DNA of 64,000 nt from Heterodontus francisci (taxonomy: Eukaryota), in assembly GCF_036365525.1 (NCBI RefSeq), contig NC_090407.1, forward strand, positions 24,766,084 to 24,830,083, in the 5' to 3' direction. Position 1 is the stretch's first letter, and each line of letters begins with the position of its first letter. Under the pieces are notes generated by a model. It did no database searches and was not told the DNA's origin. It was given only the letters and a program-made list of their open reading frames with translations. The position numbers and the translations under genes are program-made. Positions 60,311-64,000 of the stretch are shown piece after piece.

Positions 60311-63300
60311 GCTTTGTATGCTGTTTGGGTCACACTGCTAGTATAACCTTACATTGATTATTACTCATTATAATCAAATCTATTTGATAACTGCATTGTT
60401 TGACTGACTGCATTCCCACACAGCTGCAGAGGTTATAAAAATGGCTTAATCTGTATTATGAACTCAAACTTTATGCAACTTGTAATGTGCAGCATTTCAC
60501 ATGAAAAAGCCTGTTGTAACTGGGTATGCTGTATGTGAAAAATTGCAGAAACATCTGTTTGTTGTAAGTTTTCCTGATTAAAAAGTAGTTAAGAAGGTTG
60601 CATTATATTCATATTACAAACTCCCACCTTAAGCAGCCTATTAAACAGCTGTTCCTTGGCACTGATTGGCAGTGTAGATCTCAAAATATTTCTCAACTTA
60701 CTCTTTATTCACTATATCGTTTGTAGCTATATCAACTTCTGATTTTCATAACATACTCATAAACAGCAAGGATTTAAGGCAGGAAAGTGGAACAACTGGA
60801 ATTTTACTGTCATAAGTTTGTGAACAGTGACACTGCAAATTGCAGATTAACATTTTCAGTTCTCATAGTATCTTATGTGATTTGTAAACAAATCACTTAT
60901 TAAAAGTCAGCATTCATCTAGTTCGTAAACTCATCCAGCTCAGTTAATAAATGCACCACCTGGTGTGAAACCATAAAAAGGACCCGGGCATGATCACTGG
61001 CCTGCACTTCGATAGCTGTTTAAGATAGTAATAAAGGCTACAATTTTACTCAGTGCCTCTTGGTTAGAGACAGGAAGAATTGACAAGGATTCCTGCGTCG
61101 TCAACCACAGCAAAAGTGAGTGCCTTAGAGGAAAGAAAGCAGATACAACTGAATTTCAATCTGCAGTTGTGGAATAATCCAGAGAGTAGGGGTGTGGTTA
61201 AAAACAAATGAGGCCATGGAATAAAAATAGGCGGATGGTTCTTGTTTATTGCAGCATGCAGGGATGGATGGGCTCTACTCACGTCAATCAGTACACACAA
61301 TGATCCTAACTTCTGCGTTGGCAAATATGTACCTATCTGCAATTATGTGCTTAACATAAATCTGTACCTAGCTAGAATATATCGACCATTGAAACACTAA
61401 CATGGCTCATGTACACAAGGATGAAGAGCAATCACCCAGATCCATTACACGTTCACCATCCAGTTATAACCAACTTAGGAACTTTTGTCAAATTATGTAT
61501 TTAGAGTATAAAAAACACAAACCTCATCAACAAATGTGGGCATGAAGTGCACAATTTAAAATTAGCTGAAGCCCAGTAAAACCTCACTGACTATGATGTA
61601 CAGCTTTAAGGGCATTAGCGGAGTAGCTTTTTGTTTTATGTTAATGCAGAGTGCAGCTAAATGTGTGAACGAATATAAATTTTATTCTACTTAAAAATGC
61701 CTACAGTTTGCATATTTAAAGTGACATTTAGTATCAAACATTCAACAGTGCATACAATAAACTGAGAACTTCAAGTGCAATTTAACAGCATGTTGCAAAA
61801 TTAATATTGAATTCTTTTGTGAACTCTTTGTACAGGTTCGATCAATGACTGAATGGCACCATCTGGGTATAGTACTGAATGACATTCCAGATGGTCATAG
61901 GTTTCTTCCCCTGCTCTGTGCTGATCTTAAGTTAGAGCAGAACTAGGGCTGCAACAATTGAGGCCTCGGGCAGGTAGGGAGAAAGAAAATAGCCAGAGTT
62001 CCCATTCTTAATCACTATTGAGTGATCAGAGTTAGAAAGACATTGGGTGAGGTCAGGATCAGTCTGGTCTCACACAAAGAATGGCCACACAAGGTACTGG
62101 AGGGCGTATGGGGCCAGTGGAACTGGACTCTAGCAGAGATGGAAGGGAAGAAAATTGAAAAGAAAAATGCAACTCTGCTAAATGGCAAGTTGTGTCAATT
62201 GATGAACACACAATCTTGGTCACTGCCATTTCACTGAAACCTCCCTAGGTAAAGCTGATACTCAAGAAATCACACTCCAGGATCATAGCTTCATCTGTCA
62301 AAAATGTATACAATAGGGAATTCAGGCATGCATTCTCCACAATTTCCCATCACTTAAGACAAAAAATACCATGGACACTGCATATATGACCTTAGTGAGT
62401 GAGACTCCATGTCAGCAGTGAGATTTCATTAAATTACTCCCATTGTGTGAAACAACATTTTCTGTAACATTTAATTTAAAAAGCGAGGTGTCACGAATGT
62501 AGTGTATACATAAAAAATATTCTGGCCAGTGGCAGCAACTACACAAAGGATGGGTAAAATCAGGGAAAGACTTGATAAAAGAAAACTGCAAATCCTGGAA
62601 ATTTGAAAAAAAACCTAAAATGTCAGAACCACACTCGGTCAGCATCTGAGCAAAAAAAACAGGTTCGCCCAGAAATATGGGGCATGCGGGGCCGCAGGGA
62701 CCAGGGAGTCCTGGGGAAACTACTTACCACTTTGGCTGGGTCTAGCAGCCTGTCCCCTTGGCATGGTTTCCCTGAGCAGAACTGGTGCTGTCATGAACTG
62801 CCTCAGGGCAAACCAATCGTGGGGAGGAGGTCTCAAACAGGCAGTAGGTTCCTTATTTGCACAGGCAAAGGGCCTGCTTTACAGGTGGGTAAAGCACCTT
62901 TTTTGTTCGTACCCAATATGGCAGGCGGTGCACTTCCAGCCCGAAATGAGCACACGTTTCCTAACCACCATATTGGGTCTTAGTAGTCTGACTAACATCA
63001 GGAAAAGGGGCAGTGTGCAGACTAATTTTTAGCGAGTTATTTTTTAGGTGTCTCTTCACCTATTCTTCCCTATCAGATGCTGATCGACATGCCATGCAAT
63101 AATTTTTTGCCTTTATTTCAGACTCCACTCTCTTGCTGTGACAGAATATACAGACAGCAAGCCAGCTATAAATAATTCTAAACTTGTAACATTTAATAAA
63201 TAGATTAAATACAGTTTATATTAGTTGCATTAGCTACTGGTATACAGTGACCAAACACATCAAAGTGTTGTTTCAGAAAGGTGCAGAGTACATTATTTGT

Positions 63301-64000
63301 TCACTGGTTAACATTTATGGTTCAAGTCTGCTAACACCTCATCTAGTCTAGTAGACACAAACTGTGTATCTGAACCTTGCTTCATTGATATTCTTCTGCA
63401 ACTTTTCACCCGGCATCCTGCAACTGAGATTACAAAAACTACAATTAGCAAAATGCTTCTCAATGCCTCAGATGAAGCCACCACAGTTTTGCACTAGGCC
63501 ACACAGATCAGCAGGTGCTGGTTCAGAAGGTTCAAATTCCTGGTCTGTCCCAATATCAGCTCTCAGCATGGACAGTGGGGGTAAGAAAGGATCACAAATG
63601 GTTTCAACACCTTACGCTGAGGAATGGGAAGGTAAAAATTCTGCCAGGTTCCCACTCCTGATCACTATCCAGTGACTGCTCCAGGGAAGTGCATGTATGT
63701 GCCTGTGGACATCAGATAAGGACAGTAACTGGCCGAGCTGTGGTGTCCCAACAACAAAAGAGGCTGCTGACATGCTGTCTAGACTCCCACATTTGGGTGA
63801 TGACTTTTAGTTTCAGTACTTCAGCAAAAGTTATCATTTTCAGGACAGGATGGAGAAAAGTGAGGCAAGGATGCAGCTGACAAGTGCATTAGGCAACAAA
63901 GTAAAGCTTCAGAATAACTAACTTGTTACACTTAATTTCTGAAAAGTCTGATGATACCTGCACTTGATTTCAACATGGGGGTGAGAGTTTCATTCTCTCT

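Overview
This is eukaryotic, intron-rich vertebrate DNA, most likely from a cartilaginous fish (shark-like), judged from HE1/V-SINE, CR1/HER1-type, LF-SINE-like and DeuSINE-like repeats. Three complete multi-exon genes were reconstructed by hand from splice sites and translation. SLC66A1/PQLC2 is on the minus strand (7 coding exons, 30498 to 16626, 302 aa). PINK1 is on the plus strand (8 exons, 35790 to 48251, 603 aa, one GC-AG intron, enlarged kinase insertion 1). AGMAT is on the plus strand (7 exons, 51410 to 60310, 342 aa). The rest is mostly decayed retroelements (CR1, L2, RTE, Tx1/L1-like, Penelope-like, SINEs, a solo LTR), MITEs and one perfect 40-bp minisatellite. The most unusual signal is a ~3.3-kb single-ORF APE-RT LINE (325-3615) that begins with a tRNA-like A/B-box head and, by eye, has no TTTT Pol III terminator over ~3.1 kb of sense strand. 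A 302-bp internally deleted partner carrying the same head, core and tail, with a TSD, lies at 26909-27210. Together they are a candidate Pol III-driven LINE/SINE pair. Repeat family names and human comparisons are from memory; no searches were run.
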